The notes beneath the pieces were generated by a model. The model saw only the letters and a program-made list of their open reading frames with translations. It searched no databases and was not told where the DNA came from. A program made the translations under genes and the position numbers. Source: Candidatus Poribacteria bacterium (lineage in GTDB: Bacteria > Poribacteria > WGA-4E > GCA-2687025). From it: DNA of 64,000 nt. Positions 36,475-45,865 of this stretch are shown here, in pieces. The stretch is taken from the NCBI GenBank assembly GCA_963665845.2, contig OY762492.1, forward strand, positions 96,001 to 160,000. The letters run 5' to 3'. How positions within the stretch are numbered: position 1 is the first letter of the stretch; each line of letters opens with the position of its first letter.

Positions 36475-39400
36475 ATGAGACGCCCGCTTCGTTCTGTGAT
36501 GCTTCGCCTTTTCTGCTTGACGGCGCCGCTGCTGTTCGCCGGCATTTTTAACCAAAACAGCCAGGCGCAAACGATGAAAACGCTGGCGGGGCATTCTGCC
36601 AATGTCTGGTCTGTGGCGTATTCACCGGACGGCAAGACGATTGCCAGCGGCAGCGATGACACAACGATTCGTATCTGGGACGCCTATACAGGCGGATTTA
36701 TTCAAGCATTCGTGGGACATACGAGCCGTGTTCATGTTGTGGCGTATTCACCAAATGGTCAAATGCTTGCAAGCAGCAGTCTTGACCGGTCTATCCGCAT
36801 ATGGGAAACTAACACCGGGGAGCTCCTTCGAATCTTTACAGGCCATCACGGCAGCATTGAATCTATGGCGTATTCGCCGGACGGTCAGACGATTGCCAGC
36901 GGCAGCCACGACAGAACGATTCGGATTTGGAATATCCGCACTGGAGCTCAAATCCGAGCGCTTGCCGGTCATGAAAGCTATGTCTTATCTGTGGCATATT
37001 CCCCGGATGGTCAGACGATTGCCAGCGGCAGCTATGACAGAACGATTCGCATATGGGATGCTGATACAGGGGAAACGATCCGAACGCTCACTGGGCATTC
37101 AGAAGGCGTCCGATCACTGGCGTTTTCTCCGGATGGTCAGACGCTCGCGAGCGGCAGTCATGATGACACAATTCGTCTTTGGGACGCCTCGACAGGGACA
37201 CCTCTCCGAACGCTCACCGGGCACGTTGGAGATGTTTGGTCTGTGGCGTATTCTCCGGATGGTCAGACGCTTGCCAGCGTCGATGATCATCACAGCGAAC
37301 TTCGTATATGGAACGCCAAAAATGGGGCGTTAATTCAAACCATTCAATACGCCGGCCGTATGTACTCCCGCCCTAGATCAATAGCCTTTTCGCCTGATGG
37401 AGCGGCAGTTGCCGGAGGGGGCGATGACGATGCCGTTCATATCTATGACGCCAAGATAGGGACGCATCTCCGCACGCTTGCAGGACATGCGCAAGCTGTT
37501 TCTGCCGCGGCGTTTTCTCCAAACGGAAGAGTTGTTGCCACCGGCGGTCATGACCATAGAATTTTGTTTTGGAACGCGAAAACCGGCGCGCATCTCAAAA
37601 CGCTTGAGGGTCATTCCGATCTGGTCGCTTCTGTAGCGTATTCGCCGAACGGAAGGTTGCTTGCGAGCGGAAGTTTAGACAATGAGATCATACTATGGAA
37701 CGCCAATACGGGCGCGCAAATTAATACGCTCACTGGACATGACGACAGGCTCTCTGCCGTCCGATTTTCTCCCGACAATTCCAAGCTTGCCAGCGGAAGC
37801 TTCGACAACACGATACTGCTCTGGGATGTTGAAACCGGCGATCGCATGCAAACCATAAGGGGACATGACGACTGGGTCGTCTCGGTCGATTTCTCGCCGG
37901 ACGGTTCTAAGCTTGTCAGCGGCAGCAGGGACAGCTCCATCCGCGTCTGGAACGCTGAAACGGGCGAGGAGCTGCGGACGCTCAACGGGCATATCGGCGC
38001 CGTTCTCTCCGTCGCTTATTCTCCCGACGGCTCTAAGATTGTCAGCGGCGGGAACGACAAGACGGCGCGCCTCTGGAGCGCTGAAACAGGCGAGCTGCTG
38101 CAAACGCTGGAGGGACATACGGACGCGGTCTGGTCGGTCGCCTTTTCTCCTGACGGTCAACAGATCGCCAGCGGCAGCTGGGACAATGCGATACGGCTCT
38201 GGAACGCCGAGACGGGCGAGCCGATTCAAACGCTCATCGGACATTCTGATCAGGTCTGGTCGGTTGCGTATTCGCCGGACGGGCGGCGCATCGCCAGCGC
38301 GAGCGGCGACAAAACGGTGCGCATCTGGTCGTTCGGCATTCGGCGTCAGGACGCGCCGGACGTTTTAGCTGGACATAAAGGCGGCGTTCTTGCGGCGGCG
38401 TATTCGCCCACCGCTGCTGTTGTCGCCAGCGGCAGCGCCGACAAAACGATACATCTTTGGGACGCGAACACAAGCGAACATCTGCGAACGCTGGAGGGTC
38501 ATACCGATTATGTGTACGCCCTCGCTTATTCTCCCGACGGTTCCGCGCTTGTCAGCGGCAGCAAGGACGGCTCCCTTCGCGTCTGGGATGCGTCAACAGG
38601 GGACGCGCTCCACATCCTGAAACGGCATGACGGCTCCGTTCATGCGGTCGTCTATTCACCGGACGGAAGGCGGATTGCAAGCGGCGGCGCCGACCGAACC
38701 GTACGTCTATGGAGCGCCGAAACGGGCGAGCTGTTGAACACGATCCGAGGGCATACGGGGGCGGTACGGTCGATCGCTTTTTCGCCGGACGGGAGCCTGC
38801 TGGTCAGCGGAAGCGGCGACAAGTCGATCCGTTTCTGGAACCCCGAAACAGGCGAGCAGACTGCGCAGCTGGTTGAGCATCATCGGGCGGTCATGGCGCT
38901 CGCTTTTTCGCCGGACGGTCAGACGCTCGCCAGCGGCAGCTCCGATAAGACGATCCGCTTTTGGGATGTGTCGACGCGGACATTGACGCATGTATTGGGC
39001 GCGAATACAGGCTTGGTGTTCTCGGTCGCCTTTTCGCCGGACGGTCAGACGCTCGCCGCCGGAAATGAGGACGGGACAGCGCGCCTTTATGCGTCCGGAA
39101 ACGGCAGGCATAAAGCGGCGCTGGAGGGTCATACCAGCAACATATATGCGGTCGCGTTTTCGCCGGACGGTACCTCTCTCGTGTCGGCAAGCCGCGACAA
39201 AACGCTGCGCTTCTGGTCGACGCCGACCATCGACCCGGATGTGAACGGCGACGGCGTCGTGGACGCGTACGATCTGCAGATTGTCGCCGCCAATTACGGC
39301 AGAACGACCGCCAGCGACGCCAATCTGCAGGCGGATGTGAACGGCGACGGCGCGGTTGACGTCACCGATGTGCTGCTTGTCGCGGACGCGCTGGGGTCGG

Positions 39401-39855
39401 TTTTGGCGGCTCCCTCTTTGAACGCGCCGCGCGGGATCGTTCCGCCCGCCGCCGTGTCGACATGGCTGAACGACGCCGACCGGCTCCTTGTCCGCAGCGA
39501 CTCGGCGAAGCGCGGCATCGCCGTTTTGGAAAGCATGCTTTTGTCGTCTCGTCATGTTGTGTCCACCAACGCGCTCCTGCCGAATTACCCAAACCCGTTC
39601 AACCCCGAAACCTGGATTCCGTTTGAGTTGGCGGAAGCGGCGCGCGTGAAGATGACGATCTACAACTCGGCGGGTCAAATCGCGCGCGTTTTAGAGCTGG
39701 GCGAGTTGCCTGCAGGCGCCTACCGCAGCCGCGCCAAAGCTGCCCACTGGGACGGGCGGAACAGCATGGGCGAACCAGTCGCCAGCGGCGTTTATTATGT
39801 CCGCATTGAGGCAGGTTCATTCACGGCGCTGCGCCGCATGGTCGTCTTGAAGTAA
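36475..39855 (+). CDS. Secreted WD40 protein (21 repeats) + dockerin-like + FlgD-Ig/T9SS-A-like domain
   Basis: Signal peptide; 21 GH..SPDG..W units; two DVNGDG.VD..D dockerin repeats; LLPNYPNPFNPETWIPF tail. Confidence 0.92.
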   Translation: MRRPLRSVMLRLFCLTAPLLFAGIFNQNSQAQTMKTLAGHSANVWSVAYSPDGKTIASGSDDTTIRIWDAYTGGFIQAFVGHTSRVHVVAYSPNGQMLASSSLDRSIRIWETNTGELLRIFTGHHGSIESMAYSPDGQTIASGSHDRTIRIWNIRTGAQIRALAGHESYVLSVAYSPDGQTIASGSYDRTIRIWDADTGETIRTLTGHSEGVRSLAFSPDGQTLASGSHDDTIRLWDASTGTPLRTLTGHVGDVWSVAYSPDGQTLASVDDHHSELRIWNAKNGALIQTIQYAGRMYSRPRSIAFSPDGAAVAGGGDDDAVHIYDAKIGTHLRTLAGHAQAVSAAAFSPNGRVVATGGHDHRILFWNAKTGAHLKTLEGHSDLVASVAYSPNGRLLASGSLDNEIILWNANTGAQINTLTGHDDRLSAVRFSPDNSKLASGSFDNTILLWDVETGDRMQTIRGHDDWVVSVDFSPDGSKLVSGSRDSSIRVWNAETGEELRTLNGHIGAVLSVAYSPDGSKIVSGGNDKTARLWSAETGELLQTLEGHTDAVWSVAFSPDGQQIASGSWDNAIRLWNAETGEPIQTLIGHSDQVWSVAYSPDGRRIASASGDKTVRIWSFGIRRQDAPDVLAGHKGGVLAAAYSPTAAVVASGSADKTIHLWDANTSEHLRTLEGHTDYVYALAYSPDGSALVSGSKDGSLRVWDASTGDALHILKRHDGSVHAVVYSPDGRRIASGGADRTVRLWSAETGELLNTIRGHTGAVRSIAFSPDGSLLVSGSGDKSIRFWNPETGEQTAQLVEHHRAVMALAFSPDGQTLASGSSDKTIRFWDVSTRTLTHVLGANTGLVFSVAFSPDGQTLAAGNEDGTARLYASGNGRHKAALEGHTSNIYAVAFSPDGTSLVSASRDKTLRFWSTPTIDPDVNGDGVVDAYDLQIVAANYGRTTASDANLQADVNGDGAVDVTDVLLVADALGSVLAAPSLNAPRGIVPPAAVSTWLNDADRLLVRSDSAKRGIAVLESMLLSSRHVVSTNALLPNYPNPFNPETWIPFELAEAARVKMTIYNSAGQIARVLELGELPAGAYRSRAKAAHWDGRNSMGEPVASGVYYVRIEAGSFTALRRMVVLK

Positions 39856-39865
39856 AGCACAGCGA

Positions 39866-39897
39866 ATTCCCCTTGAAAAGGGGGGCTAGGGGGGTTT
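39866..39897. repeat. CCCCTTGAAAAGGGG hairpin repeat
   Basis: TTCCCCTTGAAAAGGGGGGCTAGGGGGTTT; same family at ~10596, 43388, 50231 (reverse) and 58540. Confidence 0.8.
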
Positions 39898-39934
39898 TAG
39901 CGTCAGCAGATGTCCTCTCCTGCGCCTCCTTGCC

Positions 39935-39963
39935 TTGACACCCGCCCCCTCCTGCTGTACACT
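39935..39963 (+). promoter_or_regulatory. Near-consensus sigma70 promoter for WD40 gene
   Basis: TTGACA-N17-TACACT. Confidence 0.6.
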
Positions 39964-40008
39964 CGCCGCAGAAGAAACGCGCGTTTCAACCTGAATGCAT
40001 GTGCCGAC

Positions 40009-41865
40009 ATGACCCAAAAAAACCGCATCCGTTCCAACATTCTGCGCCTTGCGCTGCTGCTCGCCGCGCCGCTTGTTTTAGCCGACGCGCCCGCTCCGCC
40101 TCATAGAACGCTCGCGGGGCATACCTACAACCCGACCTCCATCGCGTATTCTCCGGACGGCAGCCGCCTTGTGTCAGCCGCCTGGGACGGGACGATACGG
40201 CTCTGGGACGCGCGGACTGGCGCCCCGATTCGTCTGATTGAGGGGCATAACGCGCGCATCTATTTCATCTCTTACGCGCCGGACGGGCGGACATTTGCCT
40301 CCGGCGGCTCCGATTTCGCCGTGCGCGTCTGGAACGCCGAAACGGGCGATCCGATCCATACGCTTCCAGGACATACAAACACGATCCGATATGTAACCTA
40401 CTCCCTCGACGGCAAAACGATTGTCAGCGCCGGCAACGACAGCTCCATCCGCGTTTGGAACGCCAAGACGGGCGCGCATCTTCGGACGCTGGAAGGGCAT
40501 ACGGACGATGTGATCTGCATCGCTTTTTCGCCGGACGGCAAGACCCTTGTCAGCGGAAGCGCCGACCATACCATTCGCCTTTGGAACGCCGAAACGGGCG
40601 CGCATCTTCGAACGCTGGAAGGGCATACGAGCGAGGTGAGAACCGTCCAGTACTCCCCCGACGGCAAGACGCTCGCCAGCGGCGCCGAAGACAACGCGAT
40701 ACTGCTCTGGGACGCCGCGACAGGCAAACAGCGCCAAAAGATCGAGGGGCATACGCGCTATGTCTGCTATTTGAGATACGCGCCCGACGGCAGCTTCTTC
40801 GCCACCGCCAGCGACGACCGAACGATCCGCTTCTGGGACGCCAAAACGGGCGGACTCATGCGAACCTTGCGGCGGCATGGAACGTTTGTGGTGTCGCTTG
40901 CTTTTTCGCCGGACGGCAAGACGCTCGCCTCCGCCAGCTTTGACGAAACGATCCGTTTCTGGAACGCCAAAACAGGCGCCGCTCTCCATATGATCGCCGC
41001 GCATGTGTCGGAGGAGGTCCGCGCGGTCGCCTTTTCGCCGGACGGCAACATGATCGCCACAGGCGGCGGGGACAAGACGGCGCGGCTCTGGAACGCGCAG
41101 ACGGGGGCGTATCTTCGGACGCTGGAGGGTCTTTCTGAAGGGGCGTCTTCGGTCGCGTTTTCTCCCGACAGCAAGACGCTTGCCGCCGCCTCCGGCGTGG
41201 GCGTCTGGCTTTGGAACGCGCAGACAGGCGATTTTCTTCAGACGCTGTTTGGGCATCAGGGCGAAGTCGCGGACGTCGTCTTTTCGCCGGACAGCAAGCG
41301 TATCGCCTCCGTTGGGATGGACGACACGGCGCGGATATGGGACGCCCAGACAGGCGGTCTGCTCAACACCCTGCGCGGACATGTCAGTTTTCTGTATGCC
41401 GCCGCGTATTCGCCGGACGGCAAAACGCTCGCTACGGGCGGACAGGACAAAACGGTGCGTATCTGGGACGCGCAGACGGGTCAACATTTAAAAACGCTTG
41501 GAGACAAAAAAGCGGTCGTTCACGACATCGCCTATTCTCCCGACAGCAAGACGCTTGCAGAGACCGGCGGAGGAGGAGAAACGCGCCTCTGGAATGTTCA
41601 AACAGGCGCTCTTCTCAAAACGTTCGGCGCTGGCGCGAAAAACAGGTACGCCTGCGCCTTTTCGCCGGACGGCAAGCTGCTTGCGTCAGCGGGCGAAGAG
41701 GAGGTTATACAGGTTTGGGATGTTGAGACGGGCAAGGTTGTTCATACGTTTTTGGCGGAGGGGGCGCCGATACGTTCATTGGCGTTTTCGCCGGACGGCA
41801 AGAGCCTCGCCGCCGCCGCTGCGGACCACAGCGCGCGCCTCTATCTCCTCGCCCCGCCTGAATAA
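40009..41865 (+). CDS. Secreted WD40 protein (14 repeats)
   Basis: Signal peptide MTQKNRIRSNILRLALLLAAPLVLA; 14 WD40 units; no C-terminal sorting-type domain. Confidence 0.92.
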   Translation: MTQKNRIRSNILRLALLLAAPLVLADAPAPPHRTLAGHTYNPTSIAYSPDGSRLVSAAWDGTIRLWDARTGAPIRLIEGHNARIYFISYAPDGRTFASGGSDFAVRVWNAETGDPIHTLPGHTNTIRYVTYSLDGKTIVSAGNDSSIRVWNAKTGAHLRTLEGHTDDVICIAFSPDGKTLVSGSADHTIRLWNAETGAHLRTLEGHTSEVRTVQYSPDGKTLASGAEDNAILLWDAATGKQRQKIEGHTRYVCYLRYAPDGSFFATASDDRTIRFWDAKTGGLMRTLRRHGTFVVSLAFSPDGKTLASASFDETIRFWNAKTGAALHMIAAHVSEEVRAVAFSPDGNMIATGGGDKTARLWNAQTGAYLRTLEGLSEGASSVAFSPDSKTLAAASGVGVWLWNAQTGDFLQTLFGHQGEVADVVFSPDSKRIASVGMDDTARIWDAQTGGLLNTLRGHVSFLYAAAYSPDGKTLATGGQDKTVRIWDAQTGQHLKTLGDKKAVVHDIAYSPDSKTLAETGGGGETRLWNVQTGALLKTFGAGAKNRYACAFSPDGKLLASAGEEEVIQVWDVETGKVVHTFLAEGAPIRSLAFSPDGKSLAAAAADHSARLYLLAPPE

Positions 41866-41891
41866 ACGCCTCCCGCCCGCGTCCGATTCCT

Positions 41892-42052
41892 CTGACCTCA
41901 TGCCAAGGTTGGGCATCTGAATCAACAAAGCCTTTATTCATGGGAAAAGGCGCCGCCAACCAGACCGTCATTCCCGCGCAAGCGGGAATCCAGAGGCGCG
42001 GCAGACGACGTCCGCGTTCGTCCGCCGCCGTGTCCCAACGACATAAGGTCAG
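41892..42052 (-). mobile_element. MITE copy 4 (inverted), inserted into a hairpin repeat
   Basis: CTGACCTCATGCCAAGGTTGGGCA ... TGTCCCAACGACATAAGGTCAG; 6-bp flanks ATTCCT/ATTCCT; palindrome at 41970-41989. Confidence 0.82.
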
Positions 42053-42131
42053 ATTCCTCCCTTAAAATAAGGGCTAGGGAGGTTTGAGCGCCGGCGGACG
42101 GACGGGGCGGGTTAAGAGCCGTTTCCGCGCT

Positions 42132-43238
42132 TCAATCAAGTCCCGCCGCCGCGCGAAACTCCGCATCCTCCTGCACATCTGCGAACGCATGCTCATTTAA
42201 AAAGCTTTCAGCGATGACGCGGCTTTGATTGAGCATGAAATCGGCGGCAATTTTTAGATGATGAAGCGCCTTGCAGCGGTCTTTTTCGCCCGCCCAGAGG
42301 CTCGCCGCCAGACAATAATGCGTATCCGGAAGGATGTCGTCCGTCTCAATCGCTTTTGTTAGAAAATCGACCGCCTCTTGATACCGCCCCAACCTGAACA
42401 TGCAGGAGCCGACATCATGGCATGTCCAGCGCAGTTCTTCAGTATCGATAGGCTCCCCGGCGTTCTGTTTTTTCTGGAGCCTGTCGATATAGGCGCGCGC
42501 TTCCGCCGCCGCTTCTTCAAACAGCTCCCGCTCAGCCCGCCGCCCATGAACAAGGAGGCGGTTTGAAACGCATGCGAGCCAGAAACTGAAGCCGTCCTTC
42601 CAGTCGGGGTCGTCGTTCGCCTTCTCCAGAGCGGCTTGATAGCGCAGAGCCTCATCCAGCCGTCCATACATCATGCAGACCTCCATCCCGCCCTGCAAAA
42701 AACAGCATCGGCGATACAGGCTCACTTTGGGGCTGTTGAGATTCTGCGCCGCCTCATTGTAAAGCTGAAACCAGTCGTCCAGCCGCCCCTCCCGCTCCCA
42801 GCAGCGCGCATGGGAGGTGTCGTCCAGCGCCTTCAGCGCGTATTCATGGGGCGAAACGGATAACGCCCAGCGGTAGAGCCTCTCTTGTTGCTTGACCGTC
42901 TCCTTGTTTCGTTCGAGGGCGGCGAGCGCGTCGATCATCTCCCAATGCGACCAGAGCCGCTCGCTGTCGTCCAGGTCGCTTTTCAAGTAACGTCGGTGAA
43001 GCTGAACGCGCTTTGCCCAGCCGCGCTTGCCCTTGTAGTAAAAGATGTCATGGGCGAGATGCGCCAGCTCGCGCGTCAGCTCACCCTCCAGCGCCGCTTC
43101 CGCCTTCTCGTACGCTTCATTCAGCAAATCGCTTCCGGCGGTCGGGTCTTTTTTCGCCGTTGACATAAACGAGTCAAAGGCGCGGCGCATCTCCTGGATC
43201 GTATCCGGCACGGCTCTCATCCTTTCGTTACGGTTCAT
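42132..43238 (-). CDS. Tetratricopeptide-repeat / alpha-solenoid hypothetical protein
   Basis: All-helical; GRLDEAL, GSCMFRLGRYQEAVDFLTKAIE, HYCLAA; C-terminal FADVQEDAEF. Confidence 0.7.
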   Translation of the reverse strand: MNRNERMRAVPDTIQEMRRAFDSFMSTAKKDPTAGSDLLNEAYEKAEAALEGELTRELAHLAHDIFYYKGKRGWAKRVQLHRRYLKSDLDDSERLWSHWEMIDALAALERNKETVKQQERLYRWALSVSPHEYALKALDDTSHARCWEREGRLDDWFQLYNEAAQNLNSPKVSLYRRCCFLQGGMEVCMMYGRLDEALRYQAALEKANDDPDWKDGFSFWLACVSNRLLVHGRRAERELFEEAAAEARAYIDRLQKKQNAGEPIDTEELRWTCHDVGSCMFRLGRYQEAVDFLTKAIETDDILPDTHYCLAASLWAGEKDRCKALHHLKIAADFMLNQSRVIAESFLNEHAFADVQEDAEFRAAAGLD

Positions 43239-43315
43239 TTCGTTCCGCTCAATTGTAGACGTACCCTCCGAAAATTTTAGCGGATTTTATTCGATAGAAC
43301 AGCTGTGGGCTTCCG

Positions 43316-43529
43316 GCGCGTTACGTTTACCGCAAGGGCGGGAATGACCCCCGTTTTCACGGGGGCAGGCTATGAGGCGCGTCCGATTTCCCCTTGAAAA
43401 GGGGGCTAGGGGGGTTTAAAGGACGGGCGCGGCGGCTGCGATGCCTTAAGATTCCCGCTTGCGCGGGAATGACGCCGCGCGGGGCGGGGCTTTTCCGCTG
43501 TCATAAGGATTCTTCCGTCATGATGTCAG
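43316..43529. repeat. Composite repeat cluster with MITE right-end remnant
   Basis: 43378-43474 is nearly identical to 58531-58626 (hairpin + dRS3-like unit); ends GGCTTTTCCGCTG...CATGATGTCAG like MITE copy 3. Confidence 0.75.
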
Positions 43530-43538
43530 ATGCGCCTG

Positions 43539-43567
43539 TTGATTTTTAACCTGTAAGACGATAACAT
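43539..43567 (+). promoter_or_regulatory. Putative sigma70 promoter for HEAT/ABC operon
   Basis: TTGATT-N17-TAACAT. Confidence 0.45.
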
Positions 43568-43596
43568 ACATCCATACAACGAAAGCGGGAGGCGCG

Positions 43597-44544
43597 ATGA
43601 AGTGTAAGGGTCAGGCGTTGAAAGGTTTTCAAGGCGTATGCGCATTGGCGGCGCTGGCGCTCATATTCGGATGCGGACAGCAGAATGAGTCGCTCACCGA
43701 GGCAAAGTCGCTTCTCAAATCGGAGAAGCGCAACCGCATTGAGCTTGCCGCCAATCAGCTGAAACAGGCGCTAGAGGCGGAACTGACAAGCCGAGACGAG
43801 GCTGAAGCGCGTTACCTGCTCGGTTATTACGGCATCAACCTTGCCGTTGAAAAGCGCGCCGAGCTGTTTTCAGAAGCCGCCCGCTTGGAACCAAGACGCT
43901 ACGAAGACTCGCTCATCCATGAGGCGCTGCGCGACCAAGACAGCGATATTCGAGAAGCGGTGCGCGCGGCGCTGGCGGAGCGGTATGAATCCCGCAAAGA
44001 ACCAATACGGCGCGCCTTGATGGACGCGCTGAAAGGCAAGGACAACCGCGCCCGCGCCGACGCCGCCTGGGTTCTCGGATACCTCGCCGCCCAAGACAGC
44101 GCCTTGAAGGACGGGATCAAGCAAGCGTTGACGCACAAGCGCATGGAGACGCGCCTGAACGCTGTCGCCGCCATCGAAGAGCTGGCGCAGCACAACCCCG
44201 AAGCCGCCCGCTCCTTTATCCCAGAGCTGCTGGAAAAGATCGACGGAAAGCCGAAGCGCGTCTGGTGGAAAGTATGGGATCGAGAAGGCGAACGCGAAGC
44301 GCCCGAAACGCGCGCCCTGTCGGTACGCGCCCTCGGAACGATGGGAGCGGTTGACGAACTGCTCGGCGTCCTGCGCAACAAAGGCTCCTCGCTCCGCGCC
44401 GACGCCCTGCAGGCGCTCATCGCCGCCGGCGGAAGCGAAACGACCATCGACGCGCTGTTAGACCTGCTCCAAGAAGAGAGCGGCGGCGCAGACGGATGGA
44501 ATTCATCCCGGCGAGACGGACAAACCTTGACGCAGGTACGATGA
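43597..44544 (+). CDS. HEAT-repeat lipoprotein
   Basis: Lipobox IFGC; ALRDQDSDIR, ARADAAWVLG, TRALSVRALG HEAT-like units; GGAGG RBS. Confidence 0.75.
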   Translation: MKCKGQALKGFQGVCALAALALIFGCGQQNESLTEAKSLLKSEKRNRIELAANQLKQALEAELTSRDEAEARYLLGYYGINLAVEKRAELFSEAARLEPRRYEDSLIHEALRDQDSDIREAVRAALAERYESRKEPIRRALMDALKGKDNRARADAAWVLGYLAAQDSALKDGIKQALTHKRMETRLNAVAAIEELAQHNPEAARSFIPELLEKIDGKPKRVWWKVWDREGEREAPETRALSVRALGTMGAVDELLGVLRNKGSSLRADALQALIAAGGSETTIDALLDLLQEESGGADGWNSSRRDGQTLTQVR

Positions 44545-44545
44545 G

Positions 44546-45847
44546 ATGATCAAAGGCTTAACAACAATCCAACGCGCCGGCTGGATATACGCCGCGGTTC
44601 TTTTGACGGCCGCCTTAGCAGGCTGCGGCGAATTGAACGAATGGAAAGACGAACGGCTAGGGCTGACAGCGGAGCGGCTGGACCCGCAGCTCGAAGATCG
44701 ATGGGGCGCCAAGGGGGTCGCCGCGGCGCAGGTTCCGCCCAGTTCCGACCTGGAGCAGGGCGATCTCATCACGCATCTGGCGGCGCGTTACCCTGTCTCT
44801 ACTCAAGGCGAGCTGGAGGCGGCTCTGAAACGCGCGATGGCGCCGCAAAAACGGTTTTGGCATATCGGCGCGGAAGACCGATCCGACGCGTCGGCGCTGC
44901 TTGAAATTGAGCGGAACGGCGAGACGATCTATATCGAACTTGCCGCCCGAAAGCCGTCCGAATGGAACACGCATGGCGCCGCCTTTTCAGGAACGCAGGT
45001 TTCGTCGGTCCGCGCGGGCTATGAATCGTCCCAGTCGCTTAGCCCGGCGGAAGCGGCGGGTCTCGCGCCCGGCGACCGCGTCGCCGCTGTCATCGACGAA
45101 GAAGCGGTCGAAAGCGTCAAGGCGTTCAAAAAAGCGGCGGAACGCGCCCAAAACGCCGCGCAGATTTATGTGTACACCCGCGAGCTGGCGGGCGTCAAAA
45201 TCGAAGCGATACACGCTGTAGGGCAGCTCGGCGCCGACAGCCCAGAAGCGCTGGACAGACTCTTAGCGATCATGGAGCGGGAGAAAGACCCCGCCGTCCG
45301 CCGAACCGCGGCGCGCGCCCTGGAGGCTCTGGCGCCAAGCCAAAAAGACAAACGCCTGCTGGAAGCCGCGCTGCGGCGCCTCAACGAGGCGAATGAGCCG
45401 GATGTCGAGATACGCCGAAGCGCCGCCTCCATGATCGAATCGCTTTCAAAAACGCTAGGGGCAAACGCCTTTGACGAAAACGCGGTCGCCTCGGCCGCCG
45501 AGGCGATGAACGACTCCGACCCAGGCGTGCAGCTGAAAGCGGGCGTTATCTTGAGCCGTCTAGGAGAGCGCTCTCTGCCGGCGCTCCGTTCGGCGCTGAA
45601 CGCGGGCGAATCGCTGCGCGTTCAGGACATCGCCGCTTCCGCTCTGGGCGACATCGGCGGAAACGAAGCGCGCCGAGAGCTGATCAACGCGCTACGTACC
45701 GCTGAAGATGTGACGCTTCAACTGACCATCGCAACGGCGCTCGCCAAAGTGGGCGGAACGCAGCAACTGCGCGCGTTCCTGCAAACCTCCCCCAGCCCAG
45801 GCGTTGAGGAGTTTGTGCGCCAATTGGTTGAATCGCCCGATTCATAG
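44546..45847 (+). CDS. Lipoprotein with PDZ-like domains and HEAT repeats
   Basis: Lipobox LAGC; LEQGDLITHL and SPAEAAGLAPGDRVAAV PDZ signatures; DPAVRRTAARAL, AASALGDIG HEAT units. Confidence 0.75.
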   Translation: MIKGLTTIQRAGWIYAAVLLTAALAGCGELNEWKDERLGLTAERLDPQLEDRWGAKGVAAAQVPPSSDLEQGDLITHLAARYPVSTQGELEAALKRAMAPQKRFWHIGAEDRSDASALLEIERNGETIYIELAARKPSEWNTHGAAFSGTQVSSVRAGYESSQSLSPAEAAGLAPGDRVAAVIDEEAVESVKAFKKAAERAQNAAQIYVYTRELAGVKIEAIHAVGQLGADSPEALDRLLAIMEREKDPAVRRTAARALEALAPSQKDKRLLEAALRRLNEANEPDVEIRRSAASMIESLSKTLGANAFDENAVASAAEAMNDSDPGVQLKAGVILSRLGERSLPALRSALNAGESLRVQDIAASALGDIGGNEARRELINALRTAEDVTLQLTIATALAKVGGTQQLRAFLQTSPSPGVEEFVRQLVESPDS

Positions 45848-45865
45848 GATGTAGAGCGAAAAGCG

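Noticed and set aside
40174-41487. 437-aa antisense ORF (and similar ones at 2041, 37693 and 38707)
   Set aside because: Shadow frames of GC-rich WD40 repeats, with no independent motifs
36475-41865. Diversity-generating retroelement acting on WD40 genes
   Set aside because: No reverse transcriptase and no TR/VR pair with adenine-specific differences
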